A stretch of DNA of 63,763 nt, filler included, from Licmophora abbreviata (GCA_900291995.1; 12 parts of 12 records of this genome joined end to end with filler, not necessarily neighbours in it), one strand, 5' to 3'; shown: positions 45,561-56,998, numbered from the whole stretch's first letter. A program made the numbers and translations. The notes: generated from the sequence alone by a model not told the origin.

Positions 45561-48500
45561 ATGTCTTCTTCTTGGTACGCTTCTTCACCGGATGCTATTG
45601 ACTGCTTGTGTCTAGGAACCGGTCGCTTTCTCCGGTCAGTGCTGGTGCCCGCGTTGGTCGGCGCTGGGCTGCATCCTGGACTCATTCAGACTCGAGGCCG
45701 GTCCATGCTAGAGTATATGCTGGAGAAGCAGAATTCTAGCTACGAAATCGACACAGTGTTGCCGTCGGGCGATGTGGAAACGACTCAAGTTCCCATTCAC
45801 GGCGCCTTCACTCTGGGATCGACAGAAGGAAAGCAAGCCGTCTTGCAGGATCTTTTACCGAAACTCAGGAAACTGACTGTTCTTGGAGTCGGGGTGACGG
45901 AAGCTGGGCTCTCGTCGCATGAAACACAGGTCATGAAGGATCTGTATGAACTCTTGCAGCATTTAGCACGCCACCCCTCCCTGCTTGTGGACACTCCCAA
46001 CCGCAAACTCTGTGTTTTGGACATGGACAATGTCCCCAACAATGGTGCCGTGATTCGGAAACACATGCTCGCACAAGCCGCAGAAAGTCCCGACGTTCTG
46101 GACTTTATGCGGACCAGGGTCGTCTTTCTGGATACCATGGTGGATCGTATCACCTCCCAGCGCGACGGGAGTCACGGGATGGTGCCTCGTTGTGAGCCAG
46201 TTCCGCGAAAAGCGCTGGTCGTCTTGGACTCTCACGGCGACTTGCCTCCACCCATGACTCAGCTGGACGTTTCGAAGTTTGGCTTGGTTGTCCGAAGTAC
46301 GTCTCAACAACTGCAGGGGGACCTTGCGTTGAAACTAAGAGTGGCGAACGGCACTCATACGGCCATTGCGCATTCACTTGCACTCTGCAAACTGCTCATG
46401 ACGGACACGCTCGCGTCCACAGGTGCCGCCTTGTGGACGACGTATTTGGACGCCTTGTTTCATCAGGATATTCTCCACGGGGCTGAAGAAGCTTATGGGA
46501 GAGATGAAACGATTGCAGCCTATGAGGATTGGAGGGGACGGCTGTGCCATGCGCATTTTGGTTTGTCTTCCTTTTTCATCACACAGAACGGCGCCGCCAA
46601 GGGAGGAATTCGACTAGGACCGACCGTTGTGAGCTTACTGCGGGATAAGAAGTCTATCTCGGTTTCAATGGCCTATGCCTTTGCGGCATTGTTGAGGTGG
46701 CTGACGCCGGTCTCTACTACGAGTCCTCGCGCGGGAGTATATCGAGGGTGGCTGGACCAGTGCGATCGGTCCAAGGCGGCCGTGTCAGCGACTGACGGAG
46801 AGCGCTACGCTGATGGACTGCACTATGACTTGGACGAGGGGTGGTACGAGTTCAAATGTGCATGTTTCGTGAGTAGGTCTGGCTTCAGCCCTAAGCGGCC
46901 ATTGTCAGAGTGGCTTGGAGATTCGATGGCGACGCCGCAACAGCCACATGCGTGTGTTGCTGCCGTTCGTGCCTATCTGTTGGCCGATGATGGCGGCAAT
47001 TTGAGTTCAGTAGCTCTACTTGAAGAGTTTGATGTTTTTGTGAATGCTGTTGCTACCGTGTACGCCCGTTTGGTGGCAGGGGACGGGATGATCACTCTCT
47101 TGGAAGAAATGAACTCGGATGCGGTCGTCTTTGGTAATGGCCTCAAGACAGACTGCCGTGTTCTGGTTGACACTCCGTCGCTCAAGCACGGACGGCCATT
47201 GCCGTACCGGTCGCACTCGATTCCAGATAAGAGTCAGTTGATGCAAGCGACCGTCAACGGTAACACGATTGCATCAGTGGTGACCTCCGAAGTGGCGTCG
47301 GTTTTGGCGATTGACCTTCACACACACCTTTTGCCTCCGTCGCACGGCACGTTGTGCTGCTGGGGAATCGACGAACTTTTGACCTACGTAAGTCATGGTC
47401 GGTACCGATTGTACAACCATCTTCGACGACGCACTCGCGTCGATCTAACGTTATTTGCCTGCGGTTCACTTCTTTCACAGCATTATCTAGTTGCTGAGTA
47501 TTTTATGACGGCTCCCCCGTCCATGTCGCCGGAACTATTCTATGAGATGAACAAACGAGAGCAGGCTAATGTTATTTGGAAAGCCTTGTTCGTTGACCGA
47601 TCTCCTATTTCTGAAGCATGCCGTGGAGTTCTTACTACACTCCAGGCGCTGGGCTTAGGAGAAGCGGTGGATCTACGAGACTTGGAGGCTGCCCGTGCGT
47701 ACTATAGGACGTTCCGCGAACGTGGTTTGGAGGGAGCCGAGGACTTCAGCAAAGTGGTCTATGAGAAGGCTGGTGTGCGGTATGCTATCATGACAAATAT
47801 TCCGTTTGACGTCAACGAAGCCTCTCAATGGCGCCCTCAATGCAAGGAGTATCCTGAGCAATATAGATCCGCGCTTCGGGTTGATCCGCTCTTGGCTGGA
47901 GATGATCGCACTGTGGAGAAAGCACTCCGGTCATCTGGGTACCCCAGTACACTGGAGGGAGCCCGTCAGTACCTACGAGAGTGGTGCGATACTATGCAGC
48001 CGGAGTACATGATGGCCTCTACGCCTCATGATTTTGTATTTTCTGAAGGTCAACTTGCCGGGATTGCGAAGAAAGGAGTCAACGATGATGCTATGGCGCA
48101 ACCGTTTGCGTTCGTCGATGCCGTAAAGGCTAAGGATGACTGCGGAGTGGGCTGTGACGGAGAGGACGATGCTACGGCGAGCGTGATTAACGAAAACAGC
48201 GACTTCCTAAGCGAGGTTTTGATGAAAGTTTGCGAAGAGCGTAATCTTCCTGTTGCTCTCAAGATTGGGGCTCATCGAGGCGTGAATCCGCGACTAAAGA
48301 CAGCTGGAGATGGCGTTGTGGCCTTTGCCGATGCAGGTATTTTGGGCCGTCTGTGTGCCCGCTTCCCAAAGGTTCGGTTTCTGGCGACGTTCCTCTCTCG
48401 AAACAACCAGCACGAGGCATGCATCATGGCGTCCAAGTTTTCCAACTTGCATATCTATGGGTGTTGGTGGTTCTGCAACAATCCCAGTATGATCAAAGAA

Positions 48501-48746
48501 ATTACGCAGATGAGAGTCGAAATGCTGGGGACAGCCTTTACGGCCCAGCATAGCGATGCACGAGTTCTCGACCAATTGATCTACAAATGGTCCCACTCAC
48601 GCGCCGTTATTGCAGGCGTGCTGGCGCAGGAATACACTAAGCTTGCGGAATCGGGTTGGTCCTTTACCAGAGCCGAACTCCGCCGTGACGTACACCGTCT
48701 CTTCGGCGGTAGTTATGAAGAGTTTATGGCGAAGTCCTTCATCTGA
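45561..48746 (+). CDS. Fusion of a mannitol-dehydrogenase-family (UxaB/UxuB-like) oxidoreductase and a BH0493-type uronate isomerase, about 1030 aa after splicing
   Basis: N-half: LGTGRFLR, VTEAG, DNVPNNG, TMVDRIT, KLRVANGTHT. C-half: DLHTHL, IDELLTY|HYLVAE, RSPISEACRGV, GCWWFCNNP, QHSDARVLDQLIYKW. In-frame intron at 47388-47480. Confidence 0.85.
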   Translation: MSSSWYASSPDAIDCLCLGTGRFLRSVLVPALVGAGLHPGLIQTRGRSMLEYMLEKQNSSYEIDTVLPSGDVETTQVPIHGAFTLGSTEGKQAVLQDLLPKLRKLTVLGVGVTEAGLSSHETQVMKDLYELLQHLARHPSLLVDTPNRKLCVLDMDNVPNNGAVIRKHMLAQAAESPDVLDFMRTRVVFLDTMVDRITSQRDGSHGMVPRCEPVPRKALVVLDSHGDLPPPMTQLDVSKFGLVVRSTSQQLQGDLALKLRVANGTHTAIAHSLALCKLLMTDTLASTGAALWTTYLDALFHQDILHGAEEAYGRDETIAAYEDWRGRLCHAHFGLSSFFITQNGAAKGGIRLGPTVVSLLRDKKSISVSMAYAFAALLRWLTPVSTTSPRAGVYRGWLDQCDRSKAAVSATDGERYADGLHYDLDEGWYEFKCACFVSRSGFSPKRPLSEWLGDSMATPQQPHACVAAVRAYLLADDGGNLSSVALLEEFDVFVNAVATVYARLVAGDGMITLLEEMNSDAVVFGNGLKTDCRVLVDTPSLKHGRPLPYRSHSIPDKSQLMQATVNGNTIASVVTSEVASVLAIDLHTHLLPPSHGTLCCWGIDELLTYVSHGRYRLYNHLRRRTRVDLTLFACGSLLSQHYLVAEYFMTAPPSMSPELFYEMNKREQANVIWKALFVDRSPISEACRGVLTTLQALGLGEAVDLRDLEAARAYYRTFRERGLEGAEDFSKVVYEKAGVRYAIMTNIPFDVNEASQWRPQCKEYPEQYRSALRVDPLLAGDDRTVEKALRSSGYPSTLEGARQYLREWCDTMQPEYMMASTPHDFVFSEGQLAGIAKKGVNDDAMAQPFAFVDAVKAKDDCGVGCDGEDDATASVINENSDFLSEVLMKVCEERNLPVALKIGAHRGVNPRLKTAGDGVVAFADAGILGRLCARFPKVRFLATFLSRNNQHEACIMASKFSNLHIYGCWWFCNNPSMIKEITQMRVEMLGTAFTAQHSDARVLDQLIYKWSHSRAVIAGVLAQEYTKLAESGWSFTRAELRRDVHRLFGGSYEEFMAKSFI

Positions 48747-49183
48747 TAAAGACGCGTACGTCGCTGGAACCCTGACATTGCAACTCCTTCCGATCTGAGC
48801 GATCATGCGTTTGAATGCTGCTCTAAGGGATAGGCGACATATCGCCTGTGCAACAAATGAGTTGAACATTGGAGCAGGACTTACAACAAATGAATCCCTG
48901 CTGTTGTCGTCTTCTTTGTCGACGTCGTCGTGGCGGCCCAAGCGCAGATCATGCGTAGTAAAACTCTGCGTCACAAACTGAAGTCAAATTTTCGGCCATT
49001 CGCTCCTTGCTGGAGGTGTGTAGGCACTGTAGATGACAGCATCTCCCATTAAAACTGGTACCGGTACTTGAAGTCCTACGGCATGTTACGCCCACGAGCA
49101 TCATCCCGCCTGCATTGCATTCACGTTTCCCAAAGTGAATATCTGGAGGTGGAGGTGGTCAATGAACATATATCAGATTAGAC

Positions 49184-49283
49184 NNNNNNNNNNNNNNNNN
49201 NNNNNNNNNNNNNNNNNNNNNNNNNNNTTAATTAATTAANNNNNNNNNNNNNNNNNNNNNNNNNNNNNNNNNNNNNNNNNNNN
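49184..49283. other. Assembly spacer N44-TTAATTAATTAA-N44
   Basis: Identical 100-nt linker. Confidence 0.98.
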
Positions 49284-49294
49284 TAAAGAGGAAG

Positions 49295-52200
49295 CTAAAT
49301 TCCGAACCTGCCGATACCGTCTTCCTCGTTGGCTTGCGATTGGTGCTTATTCTGAAAGTGCCGTTTCCACTCTTCCCACTCGGTATCAGGGTAGACAATA
49401 TCGTCCGGGTCAGCAGCCATGGCCCATCCTGCGTCGACTCGAGCCCACGTTTCCTCCAGTTCTTGCCTTATCCGGTTGTTCATACAGTGCTTGTTGGTCG
49501 GATCCAGTTTCGACGACCACCCATAGAGCAAGTCATTCAGCAGCAAGGTGTCGACATGGGTTGTCCATTCCGCGCGAAGCACAGCATAGCCGTCACTTGT
49601 AACGCGAAGGATTCCCGAGCGACAAAGAGCGATAAGCTCGTCCAACAGCCCCGTTCGGTGCGGCGACACCAAATGGCTTACCACGACAAGAGCTTCAGCA
49701 TGCTCTAATGTTAATGCGTCGTCTTGAAGGCTACTCGCTGTCAATGTAGAAATAAGTTCATCTGTCATTGCGAACTGGACATTCTCAAACGACAATCGTC
49801 CAGGCTCAACAGGATTGTTTGAGTACTGGTTCCTCCCAATCGCACTTCCAGTCTGGCCATGAAATACTTCCCAACGCCTGCAGAATCCGAGCGAAATGTG
49901 TAAGAGCGGAACACTCATAAGGCGTACGATATCGTCCGAGCAACATACCACGAGTGGTCCTGCTTGCTAGGCTCGGCGTAGATGTGGCCCCAAGTCGTGC
50001 TAATGTACCGTAAAAGTTTTGCCAGGAACGTAGGATTGAACTGGATTGCTTGTTCGGTGCTATTCACTTTGGCGCGCTTGACTTGAGACTTCGCCGTACT
50101 ACTATTGTCGCGCTTTCCCAAGGCCACCAGTGGTACGTCGTCGTCGTCGTCATCATCATCTTCGTCTTGTTCTTCTGGAATACCACCTGCCTTCACATAG
50201 GGAACCGAGACTTCACCTTCTGGTACGGGAGAAGGCGCCTCCTCCTTCTCGCCCCCCTGATGGACTTCGGCGACTGCGGAAAGCACAAGCGCAGTTAAGC
50301 TCGGAGAAAATATGGCCAGCTTCAGCTTTCTAGTTTGCGATGCCTCCATCTTCTCGACAAAGCGAGCTTCTCTAGCCACGCGATCGGACTCGTCCTTCAG
50401 TTTCAGAACGCGCTCAGCGAATGCCGTCTCAACGGCATTCAGATTCTTCGGCGCGAGGGGCTTTGGCTTGCTCAGCCCTTTCTCTTCGGCCTCGTTTGTA
50501 CTCATCCGCCGGACGTCGGCATATAAAGAACACGCTGGGTCATTCACATACTGGTGGTCAGAGCGTCCACATTTGCACCCCGTGGAAGGACGTGGGAGAG
50601 CTCGGTAGGCACTCCGTTGCGCATCAGTCATATAGATAATACCGTCTGGAAGCCGGATGCTCTCATTCTTCGAGAGTTCGTGTGCCCACTTTTCTTTCCA
50701 GAACGTGAGAGCGTTCTTCGCCATAGTCATCTCAGCCTGAGCAATGGCATGGTTCCACTTCTTCTTCAGGGTCACCGCGTCGCGACGAGTCAGGTTCGGT
50801 TCCTCCCTACACTTAATCTCCATGAACAAGGTCCCGAGGTATCCCAAACTTCGTCCTGGATCCGACATCGAGTTTAGCACAGCCTTTGCCAGCGCAGCAG
50901 TTTCGATTGTAGTGAATTCACCATGGACGACTTTGCCTGTAATGTCATTCAATACAAACGGAATCATGCAGGTTGGACCTGTCTGAGGCCTGAACGCCGT
51001 AGCAACGAGTGGCTTGAGCGGCACGGACAAAGCTGGTTTGAATTTGCGGCGAGCAATCATCAACGGGCAACAAATGATCACTCCAGAGCTACCGTCGCTC
51101 TTGCTAGGAGCCGTGTCCTCACGGGAAGGTCCACCGCAGGATGCAAAGAGGGTGCACGCTTGTTTGAACGGCAACCCGCCAGTTTGCGTGCCATCTATCT
51201 TCAGGATGATGTCTCCTCGCCTCAGCTGCTTGCTCGCGTCGACGTTCTCCTGGCGAGCGTTCTGTCGATCTGCGCTGAGGACCGTCATGACAGAGTAAAA
51301 CATCCGAACGCGCCGCTTTCTGCGTTGGCGCGTGATATCATCAAGATTCGTCGCCGGTGTATTCATTGCGAGTCCTCGCGTCTCGCGATCCACCAGTAAG
51401 CTTTCCGTTGAGCACTGGACTGTCACACCGAAAGATCCTCCATGGTCCTTAAAAACGAAAATGTCGCCGTCAACAACTTCGTGTGTTTCCGCAAAGGGGG
51501 ATGGCGGTTCCACCGGCTTGGCATGCAATAAATCCGGTTCAGGGCTTGCACGCTTCATCGGAGCCCCGGGTTTCGTTTGAAAATGTGGAAGAGGGACGCT
51601 AGGTGGAATGGAACGGACAAAAGGATTTCCAGGAAGACACCCAGGCAAGGCAACTTGCGAGGATAACGTGCCATACGGAGATGGGTACGCCGGGTGCTGG
51701 TAGTATGGGTGCATTCCCGGAAGCGATGCTGTTGCAGCATTCGGAAGATACTGGGCTCCTGACCCAGAGCTCGGGATCACCCAGCCCTGGGGCACTGTCG
51801 TCGGAGTTGGTGGTATTTTGGCCTTAATCTCCACCATGCCAGACTGATGTCGCTCTGGCAGTTTCATATTCATCGATATCTCGCCAGCCGTAGTACTTGG
51901 AAGCCGGGACTCTTTACCATTAAATTCAGGTTTCACAATCGTCTGTTCAGGATCCAGGGGCTTACAATCTGCTGCTTTCCCCTCGTTGCAGGGCACACTG
52001 TCGCTCGAGCTAGCTACTGCGACAGGCGATTTCATCAATACGGACGATGCCCCGGGGTTCATCATGGGCGATGGCGTCACATGCAATGGAGCGGGGTGCT
52101 GCAGTTGGGAAGACGGTCGAGGAGTAACTCCGCAGGCAAGTTCTGCCACCTTGGCTGGCGTAGCCCAAGAAGTCGGATATGACATTGGCACGGAAGACCG

Positions 52201-52959
52201 ATACCTATCTGGGTAATTCGCCGCATGATATGGCACCGGAGGTGCAGTGGCCGCCGCTGGGTGACACGACGGATTTCCCATCAATGGCTGTCCTGGAGTA
52301 GAACTCTCCAACTTGACTACCGGTTGTTGACTTCTCTGGTCGTGTTGCTGCCTGACACGTTTTTCATACTCTAGTCGATTCCGTTCGAGCTCCTTGGCTT
52401 GCGCTTGATCCAGTTTTTCGCGAATCTTACGCTGCTTCTCCAGTTGCTTGGCACGCTTCAGCGACTCAATCTGCTGCTTGAGCTGTGACCTGAAACTTCC
52501 TGTTGGCTTCGTGGAGACCAGTGGAGGAGCAGAGGAATTCAGTGGCGATGGGCGCGAAGAAGATCTCGCTGTGGTCGACGGTCCATATGGCTGCACTCTA
52601 GCAGTAGCGCCCCCGGCAGATGTAGTGGGAACAGCACTTGACGGAGTTTTGATGATCTTTGGAATCGCCACATCCGGATTCCGCTTCAAAGCTTTGGACT
52701 GGAGATTCGAAGAGACCGTTCGGTGGACAGTCGAATTCTCAGCCCCAACCGTCTGGGCTGCCGTTGGTGGCTGAGCCTTTGTCATTGTTGGCGAGAGCCT
52801 GGCATCACCGGTTGACGGCTTTGCATTGCTCGAAATCACTTGGGCGACAGGCGCTTCTGTCAACGACGAGACTATTCCAGACGTACTTCTTGACTTAACT
52901 ACGACAGGACCCGTAGGTAGCGGCTTCTTGCGAAGGTAGGGATTGACAGGAGGTGCCAT
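49295..52959 (-). CDS. Large hypothetical protein (Pro-rich N-terminus, PDZ-like segment, CxC-H-C knuckle), 2 exons
   Basis: ATG 52959 (MAPPVNPY). A phase-2 intron at 49878-49948 (GTATGT...TGCAG) joins the two track ORFs as HSW-RWEVFHG. PDZ-like SFGVTV...LRRGDIILKIDG and the knuckle CKCGRSDHQYVNDPAC. Confidence 0.7.
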
Positions 52960-53436
52960 GGTTTGGTCGCACTCACAGATGATGCGTTGCAATTCGGTCA
53001 CGGTGAAACTTGTGGGAGTTTTGGAAGTTTGGAATGACAGTCTCAATTTTCTACGGCCGATGCAGTATTGATTCTACGTGACACAGTCTCAATTTTTGGC
53101 GCGCGTTTGTTGGCGCGAGCTCATCCATGAGATGACACATTGCCATCATGAGAGCGTGATTGAAGAAGGCCAGCTCTTGCGACCTGCCTGTTCCCTTCGA
53201 AGGACGAGTTCCCTTCTGTATACATCATAGGAAAAGTCGAAACAAAGTAGAAGTGATTCACACAGAGAAGCCACCGTTCTAAAAAAGAGCGTCGAAGCAT
53301 GACTTGAGATTGTTGCGCGAGCTCTTTCCAGGTGGAAGTATTGAGTATTCCTTTCCGCGCGTGCCGATTCACCATCCGCTCACAAAACTCCACGACGGCA
53401 ACACAATCCCGACTTGCTTGTTGGAGACCGTCCAAA

Positions 53437-54629
53437 ATGAAGGGATCAGTCCTCATATGCGGCAGTCTTTGGCTGGGCGTCTTTGTGGATGACACGAGCG
53501 CAGCAAACACTGGTGCCAGGCTTGGCGGCGTCCCGGGATTTCGTCATAGCCCATCACTGTCGACAGAGTCCACGTGTCAGTTAGGGAATGCCTCTCCTCG
53601 TGGTAGCCTCACGCCCGAAAGTCATCCATCAGCTCAAGCTGCCTTTGCAAAAGGGACGAGAGAAGCTGCCTTGGATATAGTCCCGTCGATCCTTCAAGCG
53701 ATGCTTCCTTTCTGGTCGACCGTGACACATCTGTTTGCAGACACGATCGAGCCCGCCGTGAAGGATCCACAAGGAAGAATAGTGGAACCAGTCTCGAACT
53801 TTGTTCATGATCATATTGAACGTGCAAAAGAACNNNNNNNNNNNNNNNNNNNNNNNNNNNNNNNNNNNNNNNNNNNNTTAATTAATTAANNNNNNNNNNN
53901 NNNNNNNNNNNNNNNNNNNNNNNNNNNNNNNNNGACAGGAAAGGTACCAGCAGCATCCGCGCGAAGCTCTGGCCTTTTGCTGTCCTGCATCCCGCTCGTA
54001 TTGTTCGACTGACTGTAGGAGCCTTTTTGCTGGGGGAAGTCATGCAGCGCATCGGATTTTTTGACGATGATATCCACGACAAGCCTATTTCGAAACGACT
54101 CAAATATGCGTGGTATAGAGCTCAGGAACCTTTGGTGGAATTGCACTTCCGCGTTCAGTCGTGGTGGCTCGACGCACGCTTTGCTCCTGGTGGACTCTTG
54201 CAGGCGCCCACGTGGCTGCATCCGCAACAGACCCTTTCGCAGCTCTCTCCCCGCCACCAATTTGCTGTAGGAGCAACGGTGGGTATGGTTATGGGGCCCT
54301 TCCTGACGAGCATCGCTAGTCGAATCTTTCAGCTGGGTAGCGTTGCCTATGTCTTGTCCGAGGCCAACCAGTATTGCAGAGTGCAAAGTGGTGCAAGCGC
54401 GGTGGACCGAATCGGCGCAGTCTTCTGCGTGACTGGCAATGTGTTAGATACAGTGGAGCAGTCTCTGGAACAGATACGGACAACAGTGCGTCATGCGGTA
54501 GGTCATCCACAAGCCTTGTGGGGAAACTTGCAAGGTCTCATCAGACATCAGCTTTCGTCGATCGAAACTATTCCACAAGACTTTCGGATCGGAACAATAA
54601 TAGGCGTTGTGGCCGGGTTCTTCGTTTAG
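53437..54629 (+). CDS. Hypothetical membrane protein spanning a gap
   Basis: Signal-like start MKGSVLICGSLWLGVF is open to the gap. After the gap a frame is open from 53934 to the stop at 54629, with GxxxG-type hydrophobic segments. Joining is an inference. Confidence 0.5.
53834..53933. other. Assembly spacer N44-TTAATTAATTAA-N44
   Basis: Identical 100-nt linker. Confidence 0.98.
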
Positions 54630-54712
54630 AAGGTAGGCAAAGTTTAATTCGTAGGATATAATTTTTCCGAGTCAAGCATAGCTATTGCTAGTCAAACAAC
54701 AGCACAAAGAAA

Positions 54713-56554
54713 CTACTTCCCGGCACTCGAGGCTAGCTGTGCATAGTTTTCGGAACCCATGAGGGCCTGAATGCGCTCAGCCATGGCTTCGCGGGAAGCC
54801 AATTGCCCATTTTTCGCCTCCTCTTGCACCAGATTCACGGATACTCTGTACAGAATCTTCAATGCATCGTTCAACTCGGGGCGATCATCTTCTCGCGCCA
54901 CATCGACGGCCAATCGAAAGGACGCGGCCGCTTGGCCCCATTCTTTCCGTTCCGCATGAGCACATGCTAAGCTATAGCGCGCCGAAAAGAGCCTTGGTTC
55001 CAGTTGAAGCGCTTTCTGATAAAACACAATTTCGTCATCGTGGCCTTGCTTCAAGACCCCTAGGTTGGCGTACGCCGACGCCGCCATCTTGTCGGGAACC
55101 CCCGGTGTCTGAGCCAGACGAACGGACCACGCCTCTTCAGCCTGCTTGTTGCCTTGCAATGAACATGCCTGTACCATGACGTTTACTGCATCTGCATCGC
55201 AATCGTCCAGCCTCAAGCAAGTTTCTGCGCACGCAATAGCCTTGTCGACTTCGTTTCTATCCAAGTATATTACTGCCAGGCTATACGCCACTTCCGCACA
55301 ATCCGGATTGACGTGGTGCAAACAATGTTCTAGCACCTGTTGCGCTTTCTCGGTATTGCCCAGTTTCTCATGGACATTCGCCAGGTTAGAGTACGATCCA
55401 TCAAAGTGAGGATTAACGAATATGGCTGCTTCCAGAGCTTCCGCCGCACCCTTCAAGTCATCCGACATGACTCGATCCGCTCCCAAATTCATCAGCATTC
55501 TTGCATACTCAACCTTTTGTTTGTGCATGCAGAATCCTCCGATGATGTAACGAGTACCACTTGTGACAGCATGTCCACAATGTCGCACTCCACCCGGTCG
55601 TACTGTTACATGTCCCTGTTTCATGAGAATCGTACTATCATCCCCTGCTCCTACCAATCCTTGAAACCACGTACCGCCTCCTTCATATTCCGATGGTTCA
55701 TTCAAGGCTATAGTGAAACTCAAACATCCACTATCGGTATGAACGCCCGTGCGACGTCCCGTGTCCGTCGTATACTTGAAGACATACGCATTGTCCACTA
55801 CCAAATCGTCGATGGTGTCAACAAACTCCGGAAACTGCTGTTGTACTAGCGGAAACAATCGTGTTTGAATCATTTTATTGAACCACTCGTGCACTGCAGG
55901 GACACTTCGAATCCAAAATCCCGCGACATCGTATTGGCCGGACGGCAGCGTAGTCCATGGCTGATTGCTAAAATGGTCTTCGGCGTGTTGAATGACTTTC
56001 TGACATTCTTCCTTGGAAAAGAGAGGCGTTTCTTCTTCACTGCCACTGCTAGAAGTAACATCATCATGTCCATGCGTGACAAAGATCATTCGAGATGTGT
56101 CGAGATTTTGTGCAAAATCGGGAAGCGACCAGGTGGATGGCGGGACGATGCCGTACGTGTCCATTTTTGGGAGTGGCAACTGTGGTGATGATGAAGTGGG
56201 TGAAGTTTCACCTGTACCACCGTTCTTACTTTCAGCTTCGTCAACACCAGTGCTGCTCCAGTAGTTTTGCTCTGCACTACGAATGGCTTCAGCATGTCGT
56301 TCCTTGGCAATCTGCAGATAGTTTTGGATCGTTTCTCGATCAATAGTCAGCCAATCTGGCCGACCAACTGCATCAGAAGACGATGTTGTTGACGTTTCGC
56401 CGCCTTGAATTGATTGCAACGAAGGATATATCGACTTCTGGAACGGTGGACGAGCCGTTACTATCTCCTGCAATGCAAAAAATACCAAGCAGACCTGTAG
56501 CGTCGGTTTCATGATGTTCTGTAGGCTCATCATCATCACCATGGTCATCATCAA
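54713..56554 (-). CDS. Secretory-pathway 2OG-Fe(II) hydroxylase (prolyl/lysyl-hydroxylase-like) with C-terminal TPR repeats
   Basis: Signal peptide; FKY...VHTDSGCLSFTIALN...YEGGGT.F...RHCGHAVTSGTRYIIGGF; TPR-like units (SAYANLGVL...YQKALQLEP, ARYSLACAH...FRLAV). The exact start among several ATGs is uncertain. Confidence 0.85.
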   Translation of the reverse strand: MMMTMVMMMSLQNIMKPTLQVCLVFFALQEIVTARPPFQKSIYPSLQSIQGGETSTTSSSDAVGRPDWLTIDRETIQNYLQIAKERHAEAIRSAEQNYWSSTGVDEAESKNGGTGETSPTSSSPQLPLPKMDTYGIVPPSTWSLPDFAQNLDTSRMIFVTHGHDDVTSSSGSEEETPLFSKEECQKVIQHAEDHFSNQPWTTLPSGQYDVAGFWIRSVPAVHEWFNKMIQTRLFPLVQQQFPEFVDTIDDLVVDNAYVFKYTTDTGRRTGVHTDSGCLSFTIALNEPSEYEGGGTWFQGLVGAGDDSTILMKQGHVTVRPGGVRHCGHAVTSGTRYIIGGFCMHKQKVEYARMLMNLGADRVMSDDLKGAAEALEAAIFVNPHFDGSYSNLANVHEKLGNTEKAQQVLEHCLHHVNPDCAEVAYSLAVIYLDRNEVDKAIACAETCLRLDDCDADAVNVMVQACSLQGNKQAEEAWSVRLAQTPGVPDKMAASAYANLGVLKQGHDDEIVFYQKALQLEPRLFSARYSLACAHAERKEWGQAAASFRLAVDVAREDDRPELNDALKILYRVSVNLVQEEAKNGQLASREAMAERIQALMGSENYAQLASSAGK

Positions 56555-56998
56555 GTCGAATTTCGAAGTTTGGAAGTTTGAGTTTTCGTGGAGGAAAGAT
56601 CGAAAGATCTAGAAAGATCGGCATCCAACCTCAACTTCCGGGTCGTGCTTTATTCCACGTGGAAGTTATGGCGTCTGCTCGTCTCACGCCATTCCGGATT
56701 CCTTGGCATCAGGTTTTTTGGCGCGCCTTTTTTCAAAGAACAAATCCAGTCCGACCTTGTCCTAGTTTTGCCCTCTGTCGTCGTTTGCTTCCAATCATTA
56801 CGATGGAACTAAAAAAAAGTAAGATGACTGACACAAGCAGACTGTTACTGCGCGTGTTATGGACGACAATAGGGAGCGAGTGGCAGGGGTCTCGCCTCCT
56901 TTTCACGGCAGGCCCGTCACCGCTACCATTGCCACTAGCGAGGAAGACAGTAGTACCAGCTACCAGCTGGCTCTCCCCACCAGAGAGTGGCAAGATCT

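Noticed and set aside
47388..47480. Apparent 31-aa insertion in the uronate isomerase domain (and 27 aa in UGGT at 18520-18600)
   Set aside because: These are stop-free, in-frame GT-AG introns read through by the ORF finder.
780..56554. A biosynthetic gene cluster made of three 2OG oxygenases, the SDR, the methyltransferase, GT47 and the MFS transporter
   Set aside because: The genes are scattered over different contigs among housekeeping genes, with no scaffold-forming synthase.
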